Below the pieces are notes generated by a model that was not told the DNA's origin, did no database searches, and saw nothing but the letters and a program-made list of their open reading frames with translations. A DNA stretch of 64,000 nucleotides from an uncultured Chloroflexia bacterium (GTDB taxonomy: Bacteria > Chloroflexota > Limnocylindria > Limnocylindrales > CSP1-4). The DNA is taken from positions 224,001 through 288,000 of the forward strand of contig CAWHXD010000017.1 of assembly GCA_963833225.1 (NCBI GenBank), in the 5' to 3' direction. The stretch's first letter is position 1. The number at the start of each line of letters is the position of its first letter. Position numbers and translations under genes: made by a program. Positions 56,426 through 64,000 of this stretch are shown in pieces.

Positions 56426-57286
56426 TCAACGGGGGTAGGTGTGGAACCCGCGACCGGTCTTCTGGCCGAGATGGCCCTCGGCGACGAGCCGCTCCAGGAT
56501 CGCGGGGGGAGCGAACTGCGCCTGACCAAACCCCTCGTGGAGGACGCGCATGATCCCGAGGCACACGTCGAGCCCGATGAAGTCGGCCAGCTCCAGCGGC
56601 CCCATCGGGTGGTTGAGGCCGACCCGGGCGCCGGTGTCGATGTCGTTGGCCGTGCCCAGGCCCTCTTCGAACGCGCGCATGGCCTCGGCGAGGAATGGCA
56701 TCAGGATGCGGTTGACGATGAACCCGGGCCGGTCTCCGGACACGATGACCTGCTTGCCGAGCTCGGCGGCCAGCGCCCGGACCGCGGCCTCGGTTGCGTC
56801 GTCTGTCGCCCTGCCCCGGATGAGCTCGATCAGCGGCATCACGGGCACGGGGCTGAAGAAGTGCATCCCGACGAAGCGGGCGCGCCGCCCCTCCCCGACC
56901 GCGGCCGCCAAGCGGTCGATGGCGATCGACGAGGTGTTCGAGGCGAATACGGCGTGCGCGGGAGCGATCCCGTCGAGCTCCGCCCACAGGCGCGTCTTGA
57001 CCTCCACGTCCTCGAACACGGCCTCGACCACCAGGTCCGCGTCGGCTGCGGCCGTGACGTCGGCGGTGGCGACGAGCCGCTCGAGGATGGCATCCCGGTC
57101 GGCGGCCGTGATCTTGCCCTTGGCCACGGCCCGGTCGAGGTTGCCGGCGATCCGTGCCCTGCCCGCCGCGGCTCGAGCGAGGTCCGGCTCATAGAGGGCC
57201 ACCTGCTTGCCGATGGCCGCATGGACCTGGGCGATCCCGTGCCCCATCAGGCCCGCGCCCGCGACGAAGACCCGCTCGATGCTCAT
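56426..57286 (-). CDS. hbd: 3-hydroxybutyryl-CoA dehydrogenase
   Basis: GAGLMGHGIA, ASNTSS, GMHFF, PGFIVNR, HPMGPL. Confidence 0.93.
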   Translation of the reverse strand: MSIERVFVAGAGLMGHGIAQVHAAIGKQVALYEPDLARAAAGRARIAGNLDRAVAKGKITAADRDAILERLVATADVTAAADADLVVEAVFEDVEVKTRLWAELDGIAPAHAVFASNTSSIAIDRLAAAVGEGRRARFVGMHFFSPVPVMPLIELIRGRATDDATEAAVRALAAELGKQVIVSGDRPGFIVNRILMPFLAEAMRAFEEGLGTANDIDTGARVGLNHPMGPLELADFIGLDVCLGIMRVLHEGFGQAQFAPPAILERLVAEGHLGQKTGRGFHTYPR

Positions 57287-58284
57287 TGCCGTTCCTCCGG
57301 TCTGATGCCCAGCGCGGCGAGCAGCTGGTCCGCGGCGGCGTAGGGGTCACGGTCGTGACCGGCGACCGCCTCGATCGCCTCCCCGGTGGCCGCCTCCAGC
57401 GAGGGCGCCTCCAGGCGACCCCAGATCCGCTCCACCAGCACGGCCCGGACCTGTGCTCCGGCGCGAGCCCGGCGCGATGCGCTCGTCGCACCGGCGGTGC
57501 CGCTCGCACGGTGGCGGTCGAGCGCGGCAAGCAGCTCCGGGACCCCCTCGCCGGTCACGGCCGTGGTCACCAGGACGTCGGGCCGCTTGGGGGCCGGCCT
57601 TGCCGGATCGTCATCCACGGGCGCGCCCCCCGGCACCAGCATCGCGCGCAGCTGCGCCGCCGTTCGCTGGGCACCCGGCCGATCGCCCTTGTTGACGACC
57701 ACGAGATCCGCGACCTCGAGCAGCCCCGCCTTGATCGCCTGGACCTCGTCGCCCATCTCCGGAGCCTCGAGGACCACGGTCGTGTCGGCCGCTGCGGCCA
57801 CCTCGACCTCGCTCTGGCCCGTGCCCACGGTCTCGAGGAGCACCATGTCGAAGCCGGCGGCGTCGAAGACGCTGGCCGCGGTCGCGGAGGTGGCGGCAAG
57901 TCCGCCGGCATGTCCGCGCGAGGCCATCGACCGGATGAACACGCCGTCGTCGGCCGCGTAGGCCTGCATCCGCACCCGGTCGCCCAGCAGCGCGCCGCCC
58001 GTGATCGGCGAGGACGGATCGACAGCCACGACGGCCACGGTTCGGCCTGCCGCGCGGAGCTCCGCGATGAGCGCGGCGACCAGCGTGGACTTGCCGGCGC
58101 CCGGCGGGCCGGTGATGCCCACCAGGTGCGCTCGACCGGCCAGCGGGTAGAGACGCCGCAGGGCAAGCTCGGCGACGGGCGTGTGGTTCTCGACCGCCGT
58201 CAGCAGCCGGGCAAGCGCACGGCGGTCGCCCGCCCGGGCCGCGTCGCCAAGGGCCTGCGCGCGCTCCGCCGGACCCTGCGTCAC
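57283..58284 (-). CDS. meaB: methylmalonyl-CoA mutase-associated GTPase MeaB
   Basis: [41 protein letters not shown]. Confidence 0.96.
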   Translation of the reverse strand: MTQGPAERAQALGDAARAGDRRALARLLTAVENHTPVAELALRRLYPLAGRAHLVGITGPPGAGKSTLVAALIAELRAAGRTVAVVAVDPSSPITGGALLGDRVRMQAYAADDGVFIRSMASRGHAGGLAATSATAASVFDAAGFDMVLLETVGTGQSEVEVAAAADTTVVLEAPEMGDEVQAIKAGLLEVADLVVVNKGDRPGAQRTAAQLRAMLVPGGAPVDDDPARPAPKRPDVLVTTAVTGEGVPELLAALDRHRASGTAGATSASRRARAGAQVRAVLVERIWGRLEAPSLEAATGEAIEAVAGHDRDPYAAADQLLAALGIRPEERQ

Positions 58285-58688
58285 TCGACCCGCGGCGTGG
58301 CGTTGGCGCGGATGAAGTCGGCGACCTCGCGGATCGTCGTCCCGGGTCCGAACACGCCGGCGACGCCCCCCTCCTTGAGCGGCTCCACGTCGTCGTCAGG
58401 GATGATCCCGCCCACCGTCACCAGCACGTCGTCCAGCCCGCGCTCGCGCAGCTGGGCGCACACCCTGGGCACGAGCGTCATGTGGGCGCCGGACAGGATG
58501 GACAGGCCCACGACGTCGACGTCCTCCTGGAGAGCCGCGGTCACGATCATCTCCGGGGTCTGCCGGAGTCCGGTGTAGACCACCTCGAAGCCCTCGTCAC
58601 GCAGCCCCCGCGCGAGCACCTTGGCGCCCCGGTCGTGGCCGTCGAGACCGGGCTTCGCGATGAGCACCTTGAGCGGTCGGTCGGTCAT
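58281..58688 (-). CDS. acyl-CoA mutase B12-binding small subunit
   Basis: [24 protein letters not shown]. Confidence 0.95.
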   Translation of the reverse strand: MTDRPLKVLIAKPGLDGHDRGAKVLARGLRDEGFEVVYTGLRQTPEMIVTAALQEDVDVVGLSILSGAHMTLVPRVCAQLRERGLDDVLVTVGGIIPDDDVEPLKEGGVAGVFGPGTTIREVADFIRANATPRVE

Positions 58689-58882
58689 GCGCGGATTGTA
58701 GGCCGTGCCATGCCCCCCGGCGAAGTCACACATGGCCGGAGGTTTCGATTTGGCAACGGAGCAGGCGAATTTGCAGAATTCTGTGTAGCCGTGCTGGAAG
58801 CGCGGGTGGATACTCCGCCGGCCGGGGTCGCTGTCAAGCGCGCCACGGCGACCTCCCCCGAATCCGGCGCGCGGAGGTCTCC

Positions 58883-60007
58883 ATGAAGCGTCCCATCTCA
58901 GCGCTGGTTGCGGCTGCCCTGCTTGCCTCGGTGGCCATATCGACCGCCAGCGCCGCGGATCCGAGCTACACCGTTGTCGCCGACGGGCTCCACAGCCCGC
59001 GCGGCCTCGCCTTCGGGCCCAACGGCCGCCTGTACGTGGCCGAGGCGGGCCTTGGCGGCGGCAATCCCACCGACGGGATCATGCCCGGCTTCGGGTTCAC
59101 TGGCTCGGTCACCGAGATCCGCCATGCTCGCGGCACGCATCCGAGCGCCCGCGTCCTGATCTCGGGTCTGCCGTCCGCGGCCGACGAGGAGGGCACCGTC
59201 GGGCCTGACGGCATCTCCGTCCACGGCAACGGCAACATCCTGGTCCAGGTCTCCCTGTCGCAGGAGCAGACCGGCCTGCCAAGCGACCTCGTGGGGCGCC
59301 TGATCAAGGTCACGCCCAGTGGTCGATCCCGGGTGGTTGCGAACATCGGCGACATGAACTACGAGTGGTCCACGCAGCACCAGGATCTGGCCCCCAACGA
59401 CTTCAACCCAGGCGACTCCAATCCCTACGCGGTGCTCGCGGTAGCCGGAGGGGCGTACGTCGCGGATGCCGGCACCAACACCCTGAGCTGGGTTGCCGCC
59501 AACGGGAGGTCCCGGATCCTCGCCTACTTCCCGAACAACACATTCGCTGATGCCACGCCGACGTGCATCGCCAAGGGCCCCGACGGGGCCTTGTACATCG
59601 GGACGCTGGCCCTCGTGGACTCGGTCGGGACCCTCCTCGGCATCCCGGGCCTCCCGCCCCCGCACCCCGCAGCGACCGTGTATCGCGTCGACCCGGCCGC
59701 CGCGGATCCGTCCGATCTGTCAGCCGTGCTGAGCCTCGCGACGCCGTGGGCGGCCGGCCTGTGGCCGATCACCGGGTGCGCGGCGAGCCGAACCACGTTC
59801 TACGCTTCCGAGTTCATCTCGGGGGCGGGTCCGAGCGGTCCGTTCGGCGACGTGGTGGCCATCCCCTTCGCCCATCCAGACCAGCAGACGTCGCTGACGG
59901 ACGGCGGGCTGTCGTTCCCGGGCGGCGTCGCCATTGGCCGGGACGGTCACGTCTACGTGTCCAACATGAGCACGTCCGCGGCCGGCCAGGTCGTCCGCCT
60001 GCCCTGA
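58883..60007 (+). CDS. secreted ScyD/ScyE-family beta-propeller protein
   Basis: Signal peptide; [41 protein letters not shown]. Confidence 0.85.
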   Translation: MKRPISALVAAALLASVAISTASAADPSYTVVADGLHSPRGLAFGPNGRLYVAEAGLGGGNPTDGIMPGFGFTGSVTEIRHARGTHPSARVLISGLPSAADEEGTVGPDGISVHGNGNILVQVSLSQEQTGLPSDLVGRLIKVTPSGRSRVVANIGDMNYEWSTQHQDLAPNDFNPGDSNPYAVLAVAGGAYVADAGTNTLSWVAANGRSRILAYFPNNTFADATPTCIAKGPDGALYIGTLALVDSVGTLLGIPGLPPPHPAATVYRVDPAAADPSDLSAVLSLATPWAAGLWPITGCAASRTTFYASEFISGAGPSGPFGDVVAIPFAHPDQQTSLTDGGLSFPGGVAIGRDGHVYVSNMSTSAAGQVVRLP

Positions 60008-60127
60008 CGCGATCTCGGCTCATCAGGCACGGGGCCGCCCGCCACTGGCGGACGGCCTCGTCCGATTTGCGTGCCACGCGGCCACCCGCGGGCGCGCGGA
60101 TGGAGGGTGGGTGCCGAGCGCGAGAGG

Positions 60128-60820
60128 TCAGGCGCCTGGCGCCGGCCGCCCGATGTGCGAGAAGAACTCGGCGCGGGTCTTGTCGTTGCGCCGGAACAGG
60201 CCCTGGACGGCCGCCGTGGTCATCACCGTGCCGGGCTTGCGCACACCGCGCATCGCGGCGCACAGGTGGGTGGCCTCGAGCACGACGCCGACCCCCTTGG
60301 GGGCGAGGCGCTCCATGAGGAAGTCCGCGATCTCCTGGGTCATCCGCTCCTGGATCTGGAGCCGGCGCGCATACATCTCCACCACCCGCGGGATCTTGGA
60401 CAGGCCGATGACCCGGCCGTCGGGCACGTACGCCACGTGCGCCGACCCGAAGAATGGCAGCAGGTGATGCTCGCACAGGGAGTAGAACGGGATCTCCTTG
60501 ACCACGACCATCTCGCTGTAGCCGACCTCGAAGATCGCGCGATTGATGAGGCGCTCCGGGTCCACGTGGTAGCCCGCGGTCAGCTCCTGGTACATCCGGT
60601 GCATGCGGTCAGGGGTCGCGACCAGGCCCGGACGATCCGGATCCTCACCGACCTCGAGCAGGATCTCCCGGACCGCCGCCTCGATCCGGCCGGTGGTGGT
60701 GGGCACGGGCTCGGGGGCCTGGGTGCTCCCGGGGTCGTCGTCGCCGATCTCGTGCTCAATCTGGTCGACGATGAGGCGGACGTTGTCGGGCAGGTCGCGA
60801 GGGTCGTGGTGGTCGGTCAT
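60128..60820 (-). CDS. folE: GTP cyclohydrolase I
   Basis: [35 protein letters not shown]. Confidence 0.97.
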   Translation of the reverse strand: MTDHHDPRDLPDNVRLIVDQIEHEIGDDDPGSTQAPEPVPTTTGRIEAAVREILLEVGEDPDRPGLVATPDRMHRMYQELTAGYHVDPERLINRAIFEVGYSEMVVVKEIPFYSLCEHHLLPFFGSAHVAYVPDGRVIGLSKIPRVVEMYARRLQIQERMTQEIADFLMERLAPKGVGVVLEATHLCAAMRGVRKPGTVMTTAAVQGLFRRNDKTRAEFFSHIGRPAPGA

Positions 60821-61827
60821 CGTGCGGGGATGGTAGCGTCCCTGCGCCAGCGGCCGACGTCACGATCATGCGCCGCGAGGATGGCGCTGCAGACCTCGGC
60901 CGGGCGATAGCGCATCAGGTTGTGGGCGGCCGTGGCGAATCCCGCCACCCGGATCGGCCCATGCCCGGCGCTGACTCGTGCCTCGCCCGCCCGCCGCAGC
61001 TCGGCCAGTCGCGCGTCGCGCTCCCCGGATGCCAGGGCCACGAGCGCGGTGACCGGCGCCGTGACCCGCGTCAAAGCGTCGACCGGGTCGATCGCGAACA
61101 TCGTGCGCACGACCGCGGTGGCCACGTGGGGTCTCACGGCCCGGACGACATGCCCGGCCGCCGTCTCCACCACCGAGTCGCGCGCGGACCGCTCCTGGTC
61201 CAGATCCCAAGTCGACGGGTCGAACCCGCGCCGGTCCGCCAGCCAGGCGTCGAGCGTGCGAAGGACCTCCGGTGGCTCGTCGAGGTTGCGCAGGAAGTCG
61301 TCCACATCCACCCCGGTCGTCTCCTCCATGCGCTCCCAACCGCCGTCGACGAGCACCAGGCCGGCGCACCGCCGCCCGAGGGCCGCTGCGGCAACGGCGG
61401 CAGCCGCCGCCCCGAACCCGTGCCCGGCCAGCACGACCCGGCCGCCGTCAAGCGCCCCCGAACCCTCGGCGACGACGACGATGTCAGCGGCAAGGGTCGC
61501 AAGGTCGTAGCCACCGGATGACGCGTCCGAGAGACCGTGGCCCCGGAGGTCCGCGACCACCGTCCGCCGCTCCACCCGCAGCCGACGCGCGACCGGCGCC
61601 CACGACCACGCGACCGAGAGGAAGCCCGGGATCAGCAGGATGCCCGGGGCACCTGGATCGGCAGGGACGGGCGTCTCCGGCCCGCTCCAGTCGTGGAAAT
61701 GGATCCGTGTCCCGTCGTCGGCCGTCACCAGGTACCCCGCGGGCTCGGCCGACGGATCGGGCGCCGGGACGATCTCATCCGGGAACGTGATCGGCAGCAG
61801 CGGCTCGGGCGCGGGGTCGGGCGTCAT
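60817..61827 (-). CDS. alpha/beta-fold hydrolase-like protein
   Basis: [27 protein letters not shown]. Confidence 0.85.
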   Translation of the reverse strand: MTPDPAPEPLLPITFPDEIVPAPDPSAEPAGYLVTADDGTRIHFHDWSGPETPVPADPGAPGILLIPGFLSVAWSWAPVARRLRVERRTVVADLRGHGLSDASSGGYDLATLAADIVVVAEGSGALDGGRVVLAGHGFGAAAAAVAAAALGRRCAGLVLVDGGWERMEETTGVDVDDFLRNLDEPPEVLRTLDAWLADRRGFDPSTWDLDQERSARDSVVETAAGHVVRAVRPHVATAVVRTMFAIDPVDALTRVTAPVTALVALASGERDARLAELRRAGEARVSAGHGPIRVAGFATAAHNLMRYRPAEVCSAILAAHDRDVGRWRRDATIPAR

Positions 61828-61848
61828 GGCGGCTAGGATACGGGCGCC

Positions 61849-62265
61849 ATGACCAAGCGCCGCCGGGGATCCAGGACAGCCGCCCGTCACCCGCGAGCAC
61901 CGCACCACGTGCGGTTCGAGCTCCTCGTGGACCGGGCGGTCGCCACCATCTCGCAGCCGTTCCGCGCCGCGCTCGACGAGATCGCGCTGGTCATCGCCGA
62001 TGAGCCGTCCGGGGACCAGATCCGCGAGAACGACCTTGGGCCTGACGAGACCCTCTACGGCCTATACGAGGGCGTGCCACTCAACGAGTGGGGCGGCGAC
62101 TTCGTCCCCGTCCCCACCCGGATCACCATCTTCCGCCTGCCGCTCGAGGAGGACTTTCCGGACCCGTCAGACCTCGCCGACGAGGTGCGGATCACGATCC
62201 TTCACGAGCTTGCCCACCACCTGGGCGAGGATGAGGACCGGCTGATGGAGCTCGGGATCGGGTAG
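61849..62265 (+). CDS. minimal zincin metallopeptidase (Zincin_1)
   Basis: LYGLYEGVP, ITIFRLP, HELAHHLG. Confidence 0.9.
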   Translation: MTKRRRGSRTAARHPRAPHHVRFELLVDRAVATISQPFRAALDEIALVIADEPSGDQIRENDLGPDETLYGLYEGVPLNEWGGDFVPVPTRITIFRLPLEEDFPDPSDLADEVRITILHELAHHLGEDEDRLMELGIG

Positions 62266-62297
62266 GCGCCGCGCGACCCCGGCTCCGGCCGGCAGCG

Positions 62298-63443
62298 TCA
62301 GGCCGGCAGCGTCAACACCGCACCCACGAGCGAGAGCAGGGCAACGATCGTCACCAGCGCCATCCCGGGCGTGAGCCAGGGGCTGAACAGGCTCGTTCCG
62401 GCCACCGGGCGGTCTCGCCCATCCTGGAGACCCCGGGTGTAGTGCGTCAGCGCGGCGAACGCGTGAACAGCCGGTGCTGCCGCAATCGCTTCGACGAGGA
62501 AGGTCAGGGTGCCCAGCGCGAACACCAGCGCTGCGGCGATCGGCACCACCAGCGGCCGCGGGAAGTCCTCGACGACGCCGGCGCCAATGAGCACCCGGGC
62601 GACGATGTCGATGCCGGCGGACAGCCCGAACAGCACGATGAACTGGCCGAGCACGCTGAACAGGGTGACCACCACGGCGAGGCGCTTGCGGAGCCGGACC
62701 AGCTGCCACGAGCGGGCGATCGCATCGAACATCCCGACCTCGCCGAGCACGATCCCCGCCGCCACGTAGACGAACGGCACAGATACCAGCACCGATACCA
62801 CGAGCGACACACCGAACAGTGGCTCATCTCCCAGCCCGATCCCGAACCCGGCCACGAACTGCACGACCGAGCTGACGATGGCCGTGACGATGCCGACGAG
62901 GAACTGCGCGCCGAGGATCTGCCAGAAGCGCTGCCTGGCCACCGAAATCGACTCGCGAAGGTGCAGCGGTCGCCCCTCCACGCGGCCGCCGATGACGGCC
63001 GTCGCCAGCGAGCGGGCGTCGGTCCCGGCCGCCAGGTAGCCCAGGGCGGCGGGGATCGCGGCCAGGAGGAGCCATCCCAGCCAGGCCGCGGAGCCAGCGT
63101 CCAGCAAATAGGCGTCGGCGATCACCGGCTCGGTGACCATGGGCAGCGTCAGCAGCAGCCCGAAGATCACGATCAGCGGGGCCAGCGACACAAGCAGCAT
63201 GAACCCGACGTAGAAGGACGCCCCGCGCAGGCCGGTGTCCCGACGGGTGAGCAGATCGAGGGACACCTGGACGAGCTCCCGGGTCCCGAGCGGGATCTGG
63301 AGGACCGCCTCGCTGGCGACGGGCCTGGCCGGCGCGTTGGGCGTGTGGACGCCGGGCCGCGACACGCGTGGCGGCGGCGGGGGCAGCGGGACCGCCGGTG
63401 GCGGCGGGGGCGGCAGCGGGAACAGCTCCCCCGGCTCCGCCAT
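62298..63443 (-). CDS. polytopic membrane protein
   Basis: Pro-rich N-terminus, multiple TM helices, AIARSWQLV. Confidence 0.75.
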   Translation of the reverse strand: MAEPGELFPLPPPPPPAVPLPPPPPRVSRPGVHTPNAPARPVASEAVLQIPLGTRELVQVSLDLLTRRDTGLRGASFYVGFMLLVSLAPLIVIFGLLLTLPMVTEPVIADAYLLDAGSAAWLGWLLLAAIPAALGYLAAGTDARSLATAVIGGRVEGRPLHLRESISVARQRFWQILGAQFLVGIVTAIVSSVVQFVAGFGIGLGDEPLFGVSLVVSVLVSVPFVYVAAGIVLGEVGMFDAIARSWQLVRLRKRLAVVVTLFSVLGQFIVLFGLSAGIDIVARVLIGAGVVEDFPRPLVVPIAAALVFALGTLTFLVEAIAAAPAVHAFAALTHYTRGLQDGRDRPVAGTSLFSPWLTPGMALVTIVALLSLVGAVLTLPA

Positions 63444-64000
63444 CAGCGAGGCGAGGCCAGCGGCGCCGCGTCGGCGAGCAGCGATCCGAGCTGGTCCGTC
63501 GCCACGTTGCCGCCCGACAGGATGACCGCCACCCGGTCGCCGCTGCGAATCGGGATCGCTCCGGTCAGCACGGCGGCCAGGGCCGCGGCCCCGGCGGGCT
63601 CCAGGACCTGCTTGAGCCGCTCCACCGAGAACCGGACGCCCGACAGGATCGTCGCGTCGTCGATCGCGACCACGCCCTCCAGGTACCTGACGGCGATCTC
63701 CAGCGCCAGCCGCCCCGCATACGGCGCGTTGAGGCCGTCCGCGACGCTGTGCGGCGTCAGAGGCACCGGCTCGCCGGCCGCCATCGCCCGGCCGAGCGCA
63801 TCGGATCCGGTCGGCTCCACGGCGTAGATCCGGGTCTGCGGCCGGAGCTCCCCGACCGCAACGGCAACCCCGGCCATGAGCCCGCCCCCGCCGACCGCGA
63901 CGACCAGCACGTCGACGTCGGGCAGGTCCTCGAGAATCTCGAGACCGCACGAGCCATTGCCGAGGAGCACCTCCGGGTCGTCGAACGGGTGAACGAGCGC
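63443..64000 (-). CDS. threonine/serine dehydratase (PLP fold II), 5' end beyond window
   Basis: HPFDDP, VGGGGL, SVADGL, EPAGAAALAA, LSGGN. Confidence 0.92.
   Translation of the reverse strand, partial: ALVHPFDDPEVLLGNGSCGLEILEDLPDVDVLVVAVGGGGLMAGVAVAVGELRPQTRIYAVEPTGSDALGRAMAAGEPVPLTPHSVADGLNAPYAGRLALEIAVRYLEGVVAIDDATILSGVRFSVERLKQVLEPAGAAALAAVLTGAIPIRSGDRVAVILSGGNVATDQLGSLLADAAPLASPR

Overview
Very GC-rich bacterial chromosomal window. Gene style and content suggest Chloroflexota, possibly Limnocylindria-like; this is inference, not tested. Most genes are on the minus strand. From 1.4 to 7.7 kb there is an accessory array of short unrelated genes separated by a co-oriented 28-bp repeat (consensus GTCCGCGAGSGTGYGCCAATGTCACCYG; 6 full copies and 1 internally deleted copy). 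The repeat has loose dif-like geometry, and an IS5-family element with a passenger gene sits inside the array. Downstream come a form II coxSLM/coxD molybdo-hydroxylase cluster, two ECF sigma/anti-sigma pairs, TadE/TadG pseudopilins, an M16 peptidase pair, CopC and arsR-arsP-thioredoxin genes, and RHS and VapC remnants. Next are carAB with tandem PyrR-type hairpins and an HtrA + MprAB-like locus with two TCTCAG-N5-TCTCAG boxes. A group 1 [NiFe]-hydrogenase-like operon follows, with substituted catalytic residues and a heptaheme cytochrome. The window ends with a KdpDE-like system plus KimA-like permease, tRNA-Lys(CTT), a B12-mutase subunit/meaB/hbd/thiolase operon and folE. Several single-base frameshifts, many in short homopolymers, suggest sequencing indel errors. 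All protein calls come from motif recognition by eye, with no database search.
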